DNA of 31,327 nucleotides, from contig JBBIPN010000009.1 in assembly GCA_037442825.1 (NCBI GenBank), positions 1 to 31,327 on the forward strand. Reading direction: 5' to 3'. This DNA is from Sulfurihydrogenibium sp. (GTDB lineage Bacteria > Aquificota > Aquificia > Aquificales > Hydrogenothermaceae). Under the pieces are notes generated by a model. The model was not told the DNA's origin. It did no database searches and saw nothing but the letters and a program-made list of their open reading frames with translations. A program made the translations under genes and the position numbers. Every line of letters starts with the position of its first letter. Position 1 is the first letter of the stretch. Below, one piece after another: positions 1 through 9,354 of the stretch.

Positions 1-2
1 CA

Positions 3-254
3 AAAGTAGCTGCTGCTGCTGGATTAAAGAAAGCAGAAGCTGAAAGAGCTGTAAATGCTGCGATTGATGCATTGGTACAAGCTCTCTCAAAAGGTGAGAG
101 AACAGCTATCCCTGGTCTTGGTGTATTTAATGTAAAACAAAGAAAAGCAAGAAAAGGAAGAAACCCAAGAACTGGAAAAGAAATCAAAATACCAGCAAGA
201 AAAGTTGTTTCATTTACACCTGCTAAATCTTTAAAAGAATCAGTTAACAAGTAA
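3..254 (+). CDS. hup: DNA-binding protein HU (5' end outside window)
   Basis: Frame is open from the window start (KVAAAAGLKKAEAERAVNAAIDALVQALSKGE...) and carries the HU/IHF signature GLGVF...RKARKGRNPRTGKEIKIPARKVVSF. Confidence 0.95.
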   Translation, partial: KVAAAAGLKKAEAERAVNAAIDALVQALSKGERTAIPGLGVFNVKQRKARKGRNPRTGKEIKIPARKVVSFTPAKSLKESVNK

Positions 255-256
255 AA

Positions 257-280
257 AAGAGGGGCTTTAATGCCCCTTTT
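257..280 (+). terminator. Rho-independent terminator after hup (short U tract)
   Basis: Stem AGGGGC (260-265), loop TTTAAT, GCCCCT (272-277), then TTT. Confidence 0.7.
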
Positions 281-300
281 AAAAATTAAAGGAGAATCTC

Positions 301-1035
301 ATTAGATTAGATAGATTTCTTTCAAATCAAGGTATCGGTAGCAGGTCAGAAGTTCAAAAACTGATAAAAAAAGGTTTAGTTTCTGTAAATAGAGAAGTTG
401 TCAAATCTCCATCTCTTCATATAGATCCAGAAAAAGATGTTATAGAAGTTGAAGGTGAGAAAATAAACTATAAAGAAAATTTTTATTTTATATTAAATAA
501 ACCATCAGGTTATATAACAGCTACTGAAGATGAAGAATATCCTACAGTTATAGACCTTTTTGAAGATGATATCAAATCTAAACTTTTCCCTATAGGTAGA
601 TTAGATATAGATACCGAAGGTTTACTTCTTATTACAACTGATGGTATGCTTGCCCACCGTTTAGCCCATCCAAAATGGAATATAGAAAAAGAATATTTTG
701 CAGTTGTTGAAGGAAACATATCATATATAAATTTTTCAGAATTTGAAAATAAAGGTATCTTTCTTAAAAAAGAAAAATATCAGACAAAACCATTTAAAGT
801 TAAAGTAAAATCTGCTTCCGAAGAAAAATCTGAAATATTTATAACAGTTACAGAAGGTAAATATCATATCGTAAAAAAGATAATGCAACAGTTAAATCAT
901 CCAGTTTTATATTTAAAAAGAGTAAGGATAGGTAATTTATACCTTGATGAAAATTTAAAAGAAGGGGAATATAGAGAACTTAAAGAAAAAGAGATAAAAG
1001 ATTTAAAAAAACTTGTAAATTTAAATGATAAATAA
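301..1035 (+). CDS. RsuA/RluB-family pseudouridine synthase with N-terminal S4 domain; probable ATT start
   Basis: The frame of ORF 646..1035 extends upstream to (I/M)RLDRFLSNQGIGSRSEVQKLIKKG. It contains LNKPSGY, catalytic GRLDIDTEGLLL and EGKYHIVK...LKRVRIG. SD AAAGGAG at 288-294. Confidence 0.92.
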   Translation: MRLDRFLSNQGIGSRSEVQKLIKKGLVSVNREVVKSPSLHIDPEKDVIEVEGEKINYKENFYFILNKPSGYITATEDEEYPTVIDLFEDDIKSKLFPIGRLDIDTEGLLLITTDGMLAHRLAHPKWNIEKEYFAVVEGNISYINFSEFENKGIFLKKEKYQTKPFKVKVKSASEEKSEIFITVTEGKYHIVKKIMQQLNHPVLYLKRVRIGNLYLDENLKEGEYRELKEKEIKDLKKLVNLNDK

Positions 1036-2146
1036 AAAAGTTTTATCGTTTTCTCTTTTTGATACTGGTGAAACGATTCTTGGAGCATTGATATACTCAA
1101 CATTTTTCCCACTTTATATAACATCACATATAGATACAAAAATTTATAGTTTAGTTTATGGTTTAACTTTCTTAATATCTTTTTTATTTGCACTAAAGAT
1201 AGGTAATTTAGCAGATATTAAAGGGTTAAGAAAACAGCTTTTTTCTTTATTTGCAACACTAACAGCTTTATTTTGCTTTTTTCTTGGATTTTTAACAGAA
1301 TATCCTATTCTTTCTTTAATCGTATTTTCTTTAATGTCTATAACTCATCAACAAAGTTTTGTGTTTTACAATTCTTTACTCTTAAATTTTGAAAATAAAG
1401 GCTTTGTTTCAGGTGTTGGTGTTACTTTTGGTTATATAGGTTCTGCTGTTGCCCTTATCTTTTTTGCAAGATTTTTAAACATTCCCGAGGTATACTTCTT
1501 TACAGGGCTAATATTTATTTTATTTTCTCTACCTTCCATTTTGTTTTTAGGTAATCCACATATAAAGCAAAAGTTTAATTTAAAAGAGATATTTAAAGAT
1601 AAAAGATTTATCTTAACTATCCTTTCAATACTTACCCTTACAGAAGTAGCAAATACATTGATTGCTATGATGAGTGTATATTTAAAAAATGTCTATAATT
1701 TAGATAACTTGAATATTTACAAAGTTATAGGATTTTCTGCTGTAGGTGGTATTTTAGGTGGAATTTTTTGGGGGAAAATGGTTGACATCTTCAATCCAAA
1801 TAGAATCTTTCCTTTTGGCTTTTTTATGTGGAGTCTATTTTTTATTTTTTTACCTTTTGTAAATGTAGATTTTATTCTAGTAATAGGATTTTATGCAGGT
1901 TTTATTTTGGCTCATCTTTGGACTGTAAGCAGAATTTATCTTATAAAAAACTTTCCAGAGTCTCAAGTTTCAACGAGGATGTCATTTTTATCACTAACAG
2001 AAAGAATTGCATCAACATCAGGTTTATTTATATGGGCTTTTTTCTTAGCCATAACAGGAGATAACTATAAACTATCTGCATTTTTAATGTTTATATTTCC
2101 TATTATAGGTTTTTTCGTTTTTAGTTTAAAAGACAGATTTAATTGA
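1025..2146 (+). CDS. MFS transporter (UMF1/Atg22-like)
   Basis: 373 aa polytopic membrane protein with MFS motif A-like GNLADIKGLRK and GKMVDIFNP; FYNSLL...SGVGVTFGYIG resembles the UMF1 family. Confidence 0.75.
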   Translation: MINKKVLSFSLFDTGETILGALIYSTFFPLYITSHIDTKIYSLVYGLTFLISFLFALKIGNLADIKGLRKQLFSLFATLTALFCFFLGFLTEYPILSLIVFSLMSITHQQSFVFYNSLLLNFENKGFVSGVGVTFGYIGSAVALIFFARFLNIPEVYFFTGLIFILFSLPSILFLGNPHIKQKFNLKEIFKDKRFILTILSILTLTEVANTLIAMMSVYLKNVYNLDNLNIYKVIGFSAVGGILGGIFWGKMVDIFNPNRIFPFGFFMWSLFFIFLPFVNVDFILVIGFYAGFILAHLWTVSRIYLIKNFPESQVSTRMSFLSLTERIASTSGLFIWAFFLAITGDNYKLSAFLMFIFPIIGFFVFSLKDRFN

Positions 2147-2408
2147 TTACTTTCTACCTTAAAGAATTCTTGACAACTCAGGTCAAGCCGCCTTCTATGT
2201 TGGATAGGTGTTCCATCTAATAGGATAACACAGATAAGAGTTATATTTTATATCTGTTAAGATAGTTAAAAGCTCTATTACCACATAGCTAATTGGTAAG
2301 AGTGATAAGAGATAACAAGGATAAAATGGATATAAGATATGTTTATAGAAAATTGTAATGAGAGATTTTAATAAAAAAGTTTAAAGATTCAAAAATATTT
2401 TTTCTACC

Positions 2409-2733
2409 TATAACAATATGAATGTAATACTTACCTTTTACGTTTATTGCTATTTTTTTGCTCCTTTTATATTCGATAAAATTAATCTTACAGTTTTATT
2501 ACATCTTTCTTAAAGCAAATAATATAGTTAATTCAAATCTGCTGTTATACTGCTTGCTTACTTTCACTATGAAAAATAAAATTTTTTGATGTATCCACCA
2601 CTCCATATATCTATAAAATGTCTTTCGTGATATTTTTATCTTTTTTTATTTATCTTATTTAAAAAATTTACTGCTTTAGATTATATTCTACCTAACTAAC
2701 TGCATCGAAAAAACTCTTTTGCTAATTTAGCAT
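2409..2733 (-). pseudogene. Highly decayed IS605-type tnpB N-terminal remnant
   Basis: An ATG (2733-2731) overlaps the tnpA end. Fragments in broken frames, GRI*SKAVNFLNKINKK (~2692-2642), FHSESKQAV*QQ (~2574-2539) and GKYYIHIVI (~2435-2409), occur in the order expected for TnpB. No RuvC motif is visible. Confidence 0.5.
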
Positions 2734-2890
2734 TTTTTTATATATTCTTTTATTGATTCTGTAGATACATTACCAGCAGTTGCAACAAAATATGCTCTTG
2801 TCTATATAGAATCTTTTTATTTATACTGGGGAAATTTTTATCTAATTAGCAATATCTTTTATTACATTAATAAGTTTACTTAGGATGGAT
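2727..2890 (-). pseudogene. IS200/IS605 family Y1 transposase (tnpA) C-terminal remnant
   Basis: Minus strand reads SKLINVIK...KFPQYK*KDSI*TRAYFVATAGNVSTESIKEYIKKC*, matching the TnpA tail LWxRSYFVxTxGNVSxExIKxYI. The conserved Trp codon is now TAG (2804-2802). Confidence 0.8.
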
Positions 2891-2947
2891 AATGTTTCTT
2901 CTATATGTATTCATTTTAAATCATATTTGGTAATTATATAACATCTC

Positions 2948-2976
2948 TTGAAATTTTTTTAACTATTTGTTATAAT
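2948..2976 (+). promoter_or_regulatory. sigma70 promoter for tRNA-Asn/ppa
   Basis: TTGAAA (2948-2953), 17 nt spacer, TATAAT (2971-2976), with TG extension. Confidence 0.75.
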
Positions 2977-2991
2977 ATTTATATAATTAAT

Positions 2992-3064
2992 TCCCGAGTA
3001 GCTCAGCAGGCAGAGCGGTCGGCTGTTAACCGACTGGTCGGGGGTTCGAATCCCTCCTCGGGAG
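2992..3064 (+). tRNA. tRNA-Asn(GTT), CCA not encoded
   Basis: Acceptor TCCCGAG/CTCGGGA, anticodon arm GTCGG-CT GTT AA-CCGAC, T arm GGTTCGAATCC. Confidence 0.97.
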
Positions 3065-3101
3065 CTTCTTCTTTAATCAAAAAATAATCTGGAGGTTAAG
3101 A

Positions 3102-3632
3102 ATGGACCTTTCTAAAATTCCGGCTGGTAAAAACCCACCTGAAGATATTTATGTTGTTATTGAAATACCGCAAGGAAGCAGCATAAAGTATGAAGTAGAT
3201 AAAGAGAGTGGTGCTGTATTTGTAGATAGATTTTTATTTACAGCTATGTATTACCCATTTAACTATGGATTTATACCAAACACATTGGCAGATGACGGAG
3301 ATCCAACAGATGTCCTTGTTATATCAAGGGAATCTGTAGTTCCTGGAAGTGTTATAAGATGCAGACCTATTGGAATGCTTGAAATGGAAGATGAAGAAGG
3401 TATAGATACAAAAGTTATTGCTGTACCTGTTTCAAAATTAGACCAAACATTTGAAGGAATAAATGAAGTAAGCCAATTACCAGAAGCAACTTTAAACAAG
3501 ATAAAACATTTCTTTGAACACTATAAAGAGTTAGAATCTGGTAAATGGGTTAAAGTAAAATCTTTCAAAGATTCGTCTGCAGCTAAAGAAGATATTAAAA
3601 ATTCTATAGAAAATTTCAAAAATAAAGGATAA
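3102..3632 (+). CDS. ppa: Inorganic pyrophosphatase (family I)
   Basis: [31 protein letters not shown] motifs; SD GGAGG. Confidence 0.97.
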   Translation: MDLSKIPAGKNPPEDIYVVIEIPQGSSIKYEVDKESGAVFVDRFLFTAMYYPFNYGFIPNTLADDGDPTDVLVISRESVVPGSVIRCRPIGMLEMEDEEGIDTKVIAVPVSKLDQTFEGINEVSQLPEATLNKIKHFFEHYKELESGKWVKVKSFKDSSAAKEDIKNSIENFKNKG

Positions 3633-3635
3633 AAA

Positions 3636-3660
3636 TCAAAAGGGGATGTTCTCCCCTTAT
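3636..3660. terminator. Terminator hairpin between convergent ppa and scpA
   Basis: AAGGGGA (3640-3646)/TCCCCTT (3652-3658) stem; the T run is stronger on the minus strand. Confidence 0.7.
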
Positions 3661-4257
3661 TTATAACTTTTCTATATAGATCTCTTCAAAATGCTCTTCT
3701 TGTATAATATTAACTTTGTTATCATAATCTAAAAATAACAATGCAACAAATGCTTGTGGTTTATTTGGATAGTTTAAATCTGAAAACTTTATTAGATCTG
3801 TAAAATTTTCAATCTCTTCTTCTAAGTATTTTATAGCATCTTCTAAGACAGCTTTATGAAGGTTATAATCAAACTGTTTATTATTTTTTCTAACTCTTGA
3901 TTTATTATCTTGATTTTCTCTTTTCCTTTTAGATGGTTTATATTCTAATGGTGGAGATGTATACTCCTTTAGTATTAAAGCAATCTCATCTAATGTATAA
4001 AATCGTTTTATGCCAAAAATCCTTTTTCTAGATAATTTGTTTTCATTTTCTTCTTCAATCTTTAAACTTTCAGCCTTTAACTTTAAAAGTAAAGATGCTG
4101 CTATAATCACTTTTGATGCAGTTATAAAATCTGGTATATAGATATTTTTGACCTCTTCGAGATACTTTTCAGCTAATATAGATATATCTATATTCCAAGG
4201 GTCTATTTCTCCTTTCATTACAAGCTTAATTATTATATCTATTGGATTTTGATCCAT
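3661..4257 (-). CDS. scpA: Segregation and condensation protein A (kleisin)
   Basis: IDPWNIDISILAEKYL, AASLLLKLKAESL and C-terminal FVALLFL...IIQEEHFEEIYI are kleisin motifs. Start taken at MDQNPID. Confidence 0.88.
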   Translation of the reverse strand: MDQNPIDIIIKLVMKGEIDPWNIDISILAEKYLEEVKNIYIPDFITASKVIIAASLLLKLKAESLKIEEENENKLSRKRIFGIKRFYTLDEIALILKEYTSPPLEYKPSKRKRENQDNKSRVRKNNKQFDYNLHKAVLEDAIKYLEEEIENFTDLIKFSDLNYPNKPQAFVALLFLDYDNKVNIIQEEHFEEIYIEKL

Positions 4258-5215
4258 AGATTTTCTCCCATACAAAGTTATAAAAATCCTTTTGGAACTC
4301 TAATTCATAACTAACTGCGTAAACATTTTTATTTTTAATTTTTATAATATCTTTTTCGGTTGTGAGATAAAGTTTATTACTATCAAATTTAAAATTTTTA
4401 TAATCGTAGTGGTCTGGACGTCGTATAAAATCTGATATATTGAATTTATATTTTTGAGATAATTCTTTTACACTATCAAAAAACTGCTTGTTATTTCCAA
4501 TACCAGAAATTACAATAAAAGTTTTTCCTGTCAAAAATGAAAGTTCTATTTCATTAAAATCAGTATCTACCAATTTTTCTATTTTTTCTTCTGCTATAAA
4601 AAACGGTTTATTGTATTTTTTTAGTGTTTGTATAAATAGACCTTTATTTTTTATATGGTTAAACCTTGTTATTAAAAAAGCATCAGCAAATTTATAAAAA
4701 GATTTTGGTTCTCTTAGATTACCTTCAGGTAGTAAGTTATCATTCCAAAATGGCTTTGTTACATCAACTACAAGAATATTTAAATCTCTATAAAGTTGAA
4801 AATGTTGAAATCCATCATCTAATAAAAAAATATCATACTCTTTGTATACTTTTATAGCTGATTTATATCTATCTTTACCTACATAAACATCAAAGCCTTT
4901 TTTTGTCATTAAGTAAGATTCATCTCCACATATTGTATAGTCCATATCTACTTTACATAAAAAATTTTCATCTTTTGATTTTCTTTTATAACCTCTTGTT
5001 AATACTGCAACTTTTAGGTTTTTAGATTTTAAATATTTTGCTATACTTATGGTAATTGGTGTTTTTCCTGTTCCACCTACTGATAGGTTTCCAACAGAGA
5101 TTACAGGAATAGGTAGTTTTTTTTGTTTTAAAATTCCACTTTTATATAAATATCTTCTTGTTATAGCTCCTATGAAATATAAAATAGAAATTGGAAAAAA
5201 GATTTTACGAAACAT
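4226..5215 (-). CDS. lpxK: Tetraacyldisaccharide 4'-kinase
   Basis: PVISVGNLSVGGTGKTP, TRGYK, GDE, LLDDGFQH, LLPEGNLREP, TTEKDIIK. Start taken at MFRKIFFP. Confidence 0.95.
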   Translation of the reverse strand: MFRKIFFPISILYFIGAITRRYLYKSGILKQKKLPIPVISVGNLSVGGTGKTPITISIAKYLKSKNLKVAVLTRGYKRKSKDENFLCKVDMDYTICGDESYLMTKKGFDVYVGKDRYKSAIKVYKEYDIFLLDDGFQHFQLYRDLNILVVDVTKPFWNDNLLPEGNLREPKSFYKFADAFLITRFNHIKNKGLFIQTLKKYNKPFFIAEEKIEKLVDTDFNEIELSFLTGKTFIVISGIGNNKQFFDSVKELSQKYKFNISDFIRRPDHYDYKNFKFDSNKLYLTTEKDIIKIKNKNVYAVSYELEFQKDFYNFVWEKIYGSKSNRYNN

Positions 5216-6185
5216 TTGGGAAAAGTTTTCTAATTTCATATAGAACAACTTCTTTATTTTTTCCATATCTTCTTGAAAAGTGAAAAACTATAAGACTTTT
5301 TACATTTGCCAAATTTGCTATCTCTGCTGTTTGTGTAGTTGTAAGGTGGTAAACTTTTGAAGCCTGTTCTTTATCTCTTTCTAAAAACACAGCTTCACAG
5401 TATAGATAATCAGAATCTTTAACTAAATTGATTATTTTTTCTTTATTCTTTTTATTATAAATAACATCTGTAATATAAGATATTTTTATACCTTTTTGTG
5501 TATAGCTGTATTCTTGTTTTAAAAACTCATAACTATATTCAGTATCACCTATTTTGTATGTTTTATCTTGGTTTTCATTGTTCTCTAACCATTTTTTAAA
5601 CTCTCCAATCTCTTTTCCTTTAAGTGGTAAGGTTTCTACTTTTTCTTTTTTTAAAAAAAGCCTATCTTTATATTCAAAACTATAACCCATTACTTGGATT
5701 TTGTGATCTAAAATGGCATACCTTACTCTGTAATATTCATTTTCATAGATTATGTCGTTGTTTATATATTCTGATTTTATATAATCTTTTGCAAACTTAT
5801 TTTTGATATCAAATTCATAGTGGTCAAAGGAATTTTGGTTTAAATTTTTTACTTTAAAAATAATCTGTGGTTCTAACTCTACTAAGTTCCATGTATAACC
5901 TTGAAGTTTAGAATAAACGTTGTAGGCTAAAGGGTCTATTCCAAACATTTCAATTATTTGTGGTTTACCAAGTTTATTTCTAAGTAAAAAATCAAATCCT
6001 ATAAAATGGTCCATATGTGTATGGGATACAAAAATTTTATTTATTTTTTTTATAAGTTCTCTATCAAGTTTATAAATATTTCCTATATCAAAAAGTATAT
6101 AGTCTCTAAGTTCTGGTATCTCAATTACAATACCTGGATCTTCATATTTTTCATTAACGAGATAGTGTTTTATCCTACTTGACAT
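5205..6185 (-). CDS. RNase Z-like metallo-beta-lactamase hydrolase
   Basis: SHTHMDH (HxHxDH), YITD, CEAVF, YHLT and FHFSRRY motifs. Confidence 0.8.
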   Translation of the reverse strand: MSSRIKHYLVNEKYEDPGIVIEIPELRDYILFDIGNIYKLDRELIKKINKIFVSHTHMDHFIGFDFLLRNKLGKPQIIEMFGIDPLAYNVYSKLQGYTWNLVELEPQIIFKVKNLNQNSFDHYEFDIKNKFAKDYIKSEYINNDIIYENEYYRVRYAILDHKIQVMGYSFEYKDRLFLKKEKVETLPLKGKEIGEFKKWLENNENQDKTYKIGDTEYSYEFLKQEYSYTQKGIKISYITDVIYNKKNKEKIINLVKDSDYLYCEAVFLERDKEQASKVYHLTTTQTAEIANLANVKSLIVFHFSRRYGKNKEVVLYEIRKLFPNVS

Positions 6186-6197
6186 TTAATAACTTTC

Positions 6198-8453
6198 TTA
6201 CTCCATTAATCTTTTAAAGCCATTTTCATAAAGGTTTCTTAAATTTTCCATATTTTCTTTTATATTTATATCATTTATTGTTAAATCTAATACAGGTTCT
6301 TCTAAAACTTTTCCTGCTATTTTAAATCCTAAATCTAAATTTTTTGCTGCTTCTTCAAGATCTTTTATATCTTTTTCTTCAAAAGTTATAACAATTATAG
6401 ATCTTAACTCATCAAAAAGTTCAAAATCTGGTCTATATGTTGTATTTAAACTTATTTTTGTTCCTAAGGTAGTTTCTTCTTTAAATGCTGGTTCTAGTAA
6501 AGCTGTTATTAATCCACCATCAGAGACATCATGTGCAGATTTTATTTTAGATTTATTTTTGCTTATAAATTCCATCATTTTCTTTTCAATATCTAATAAT
6601 ACTTCTCCAATATCTCCACTTACAATGCCAAAAACTTCTTTTAAGTAATCACTACCAGCAATATTAGGTTTTTTATTTACTTCTCCAATAATTGCTATTA
6701 TATCTCCTGGTTTTTGATAAAATGACCCAATAGCTTCTTCTACTTTATCAATAACGCCAACAGCAACAACTATTGGTGTAGGATATATATTTATTCTTTT
6801 ATCTGATAAAACAGTTTCATTATAAAGAGATACATTACCGCTGATTACTGGTGTATTTAAGGTTTGACAAGCATCTGCCATTCCTTTTGTAGCTTGTTCA
6901 AACTGCCACATAATCTCTGGATTTTCTGGATTTCCCCAGTTTAAACAGTCTGTAATTGCAAGTGGTTTTGCTCCTGTAATATATACATTTCTTACAGCTT
7001 CAGCTACTACTTTTTTACCGCCTTCATAAGGATCAAGATAAACAAATTTGCCATTTCCATCAGAAGATATTGCTATTCCTTTATTGGTTTTTACTTCAGG
7101 TCTAAAAGCCCATTTTAGTCTTAAAACTGCTGCATCGTATCCTGGTTTAAATACTGTGTTTGTTCCTACCTCATGGTCATACTGAGAGTATATCCATGAT
7201 TTTTTAGCTACTGTTGGTGATGATAAAACTTTTTTTAAAGATTCTAAAATATCTACGTCTGGTAGACTATCTTGATTGAATGATTTAACTTCTTCTAAAT
7301 ATTTTGGCTTTTGTCTTGGTCTATCGTAAATGGGTGCATCATCTACGATTGCTGATATAGGTAAATCTGCTAATTTTTCACCTTTATAGAAAACTTCCAT
7401 CCTTTTTGTATCTGTTGTTTCTCCTATTACAGCAGCTTCAAGATTATGTTTTTTCGCAATTTTTAAAACTTCTTCAACATTTTCATCATCTACAGCATAC
7501 AACATTCGCTCTTGGGATTCTGATAGTAAAATTTCATAAGGTGTCATATTTTCTTCTCTCAATGGTACATTTTCAAGATATACTTTTACCCCCATATCAG
7601 ATTTTGCTCCAAATTCTGATGTAGAACCAGCAAGCCCAGCAGCTCCAAAGTCTTGACATCCTGCTATCAAACCTTTTTCCATAACTTCAAGGGTACATTC
7701 TATTAATCTTTTTCCAAAGAATGGGTCTCCTATTTGTACATTAGGTCTTTTTGATTCACTTTCTTCACTAAATTCAGCAGATGCCATTGTAGCTCCATGT
7801 ATTCCATCTCTACCTGTAGATGAACCTACCATAATCATTTTTTGTCCTATCCTTGTAGCTCTTGCTCTAAACATTTTGTCTTTTTCAAGAACACCTAAAC
7901 AAAAGGCGTTAACTAATGGATTTCCAGCATAAACTTCATCAAATACTGTCTCACCACCTACTGTTGGGACTCCAATACAGTTACCATAAAACCCTATACC
8001 TTCAACAACTCTTTTAACTATTGGCTTTGTATCTTTTATACCTTTCCTATTTCCATCGTTTCTAACATCTCCAAATCTTAAGCTGTCCATTAATGCTATA
8101 GGTCTTGCACCCATTGAGAGAATATCTCTGATAATCCCACCTACACCTGTAGCTGCGCCATGGAAAGGTTCGATATAAGATGGGTGATTATGGGACTCTA
8201 TTTTAAATGCTACTGCATACTTATCGTCTATTTCAACAACACCAGCATTCTCTCCTGGTCCTTGTATTACCCAAGGTGCTTTTGTAGGAAAAACTTTTAA
8301 AAATGGTTTTGATGATTTATAAGAACAATGTTCACTCCAGAGTGCTCCAAAAATACCAAGTTCTATTTCATTTGGTTCTCTTCTAATTAGTGAGACTATT
8401 CTTTTATATTCATTTACATTTAATCCATGGGCTTTTAAAATAATCTCTTCCAT
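6198..8453 (-). CDS. purL: Phosphoribosylformylglycinamidine synthase subunit PurL
   Basis: WSEHCSYKSS, KIESHNHPS, GAATGVGGIIRD, LSESQERM and GNVSLYNE; 751 aa small-type PurL. Confidence 0.98.
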   Translation of the reverse strand: MEEIILKAHGLNVNEYKRIVSLIRREPNEIELGIFGALWSEHCSYKSSKPFLKVFPTKAPWVIQGPGENAGVVEIDDKYAVAFKIESHNHPSYIEPFHGAATGVGGIIRDILSMGARPIALMDSLRFGDVRNDGNRKGIKDTKPIVKRVVEGIGFYGNCIGVPTVGGETVFDEVYAGNPLVNAFCLGVLEKDKMFRARATRIGQKMIMVGSSTGRDGIHGATMASAEFSEESESKRPNVQIGDPFFGKRLIECTLEVMEKGLIAGCQDFGAAGLAGSTSEFGAKSDMGVKVYLENVPLREENMTPYEILLSESQERMLYAVDDENVEEVLKIAKKHNLEAAVIGETTDTKRMEVFYKGEKLADLPISAIVDDAPIYDRPRQKPKYLEEVKSFNQDSLPDVDILESLKKVLSSPTVAKKSWIYSQYDHEVGTNTVFKPGYDAAVLRLKWAFRPEVKTNKGIAISSDGNGKFVYLDPYEGGKKVVAEAVRNVYITGAKPLAITDCLNWGNPENPEIMWQFEQATKGMADACQTLNTPVISGNVSLYNETVLSDKRINIYPTPIVVAVGVIDKVEEAIGSFYQKPGDIIAIIGEVNKKPNIAGSDYLKEVFGIVSGDIGEVLLDIEKKMMEFISKNKSKIKSAHDVSDGGLITALLEPAFKEETTLGTKISLNTTYRPDFELFDELRSIIVITFEEKDIKDLEEAAKNLDLGFKIAGKVLEEPVLDLTINDINIKENMENLRNLYENGFKRLME

Positions 8454-8486
8454 TTACTAACCCCTTCTTTAAAATATGGAAAAATT

Positions 8487-8495
8487 ATTATATCA
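8487..8495 (-). promoter_or_regulatory. Extended -10 element upstream of purL
   Basis: Minus strand TGATATAAT about 35 nt before the purL start; no clear -35. Confidence 0.45.
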
Positions 8496-8526
8496 TTATT
8501 AAACATTGGAAAAATAAGGTTATTTC

Positions 8527-9351
8527 TTAAAAAGATAACATATAGTATATTCCAGATTTTACTTTATCTATTGAAAGTTTAGAGTTTGCAAACTCTTCTA
8601 AAAATGACTTTTTATTTTTTATCTCTACAATTGGTGAATCTTCTGGTATTTTTGCAAGTTTTTTTGCTTCTTCTATAGCATCTTGAATATTTCCTATCTT
8701 ATCTACAAGTCCAAGTTTTTGTGCTTCTTTTCCACTAAATACTCTACCGTCTGCATAATTTCTAAGTACTTCTTTTTTAATAGGTCTATATTTAACAATT
8801 GCATCTAAAAACTGGTCATAAACATCTAAAACTGTCTTTTCAAGAAGTTTTTTCTGTTCTGGTAGTAAAGGTTTAGTAGGATAAAGAATATCTTTATTTT
8901 CTCCACTTTTAACAGTATTTACTTTAACACCTAATTTATTAAGTATCTCACTTACATCTACATGTTGAATAATTACACCTATACTACCTGTTATTGTACC
9001 TGGGTTCGCATATATCACATTGGCTGGTGCAGATATATAATAACCACCAGATGCAGCTACATTTCCCATAGATACAACTACTGGTTTTTTCTGTCTTAAT
9101 CTTTCTATAGATCTATATATTTCTTGAGATGCTCCTACTGCTCCACCAGGACTATCAACCCTAATAACAACAGATTTTATAGATTCTTTTTTTTCTGCTT
9201 CTAAGATATTATCTATAATATCTACATACTCTGAAATTGTTCCATCTATAGATATTAACGCTACTTTTGGCTTACTTTCGTATCTTACTATTGAAATGAT
9301 ATAAAATAAAACAATTAAAACAACTAACCCAATAAGCATCTTCTTTTTCAT
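8527..9351 (-). CDS. sppA: Signal peptide peptidase SppA (36K type)
   Basis: N-terminal TM, DSPGG, AASGGYY, TGSIGV and DGRVFSG motifs. Confidence 0.95.
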   Translation of the reverse strand: MKKKMLIGLVVLIVLFYIISIVRYESKPKVALISIDGTISEYVDIIDNILEAEKKESIKSVVIRVDSPGGAVGASQEIYRSIERLRQKKPVVVSMGNVAASGGYYISAPANVIYANPGTITGSIGVIIQHVDVSEILNKLGVKVNTVKSGENKDILYPTKPLLPEQKKLLEKTVLDVYDQFLDAIVKYRPIKKEVLRNYADGRVFSGKEAQKLGLVDKIGNIQDAIEEAKKLAKIPEDSPIVEIKNKKSFLEEFANSKLSIDKVKSGIYYMLSF

Positions 9352-9354
9352 TTC

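Noticed and set aside
2175..2183. AACTCAGGT as an IS982-like terminus
   Set aside because: Too short, no partner inverted repeat or transposase found; left as unexplained sequence.
8454..8526. Purine-related riboswitch before purL (and an M-box before corA at 24106-24170)
   Set aside because: The leaders are too short and AT-rich, with no conserved aptamer structure.
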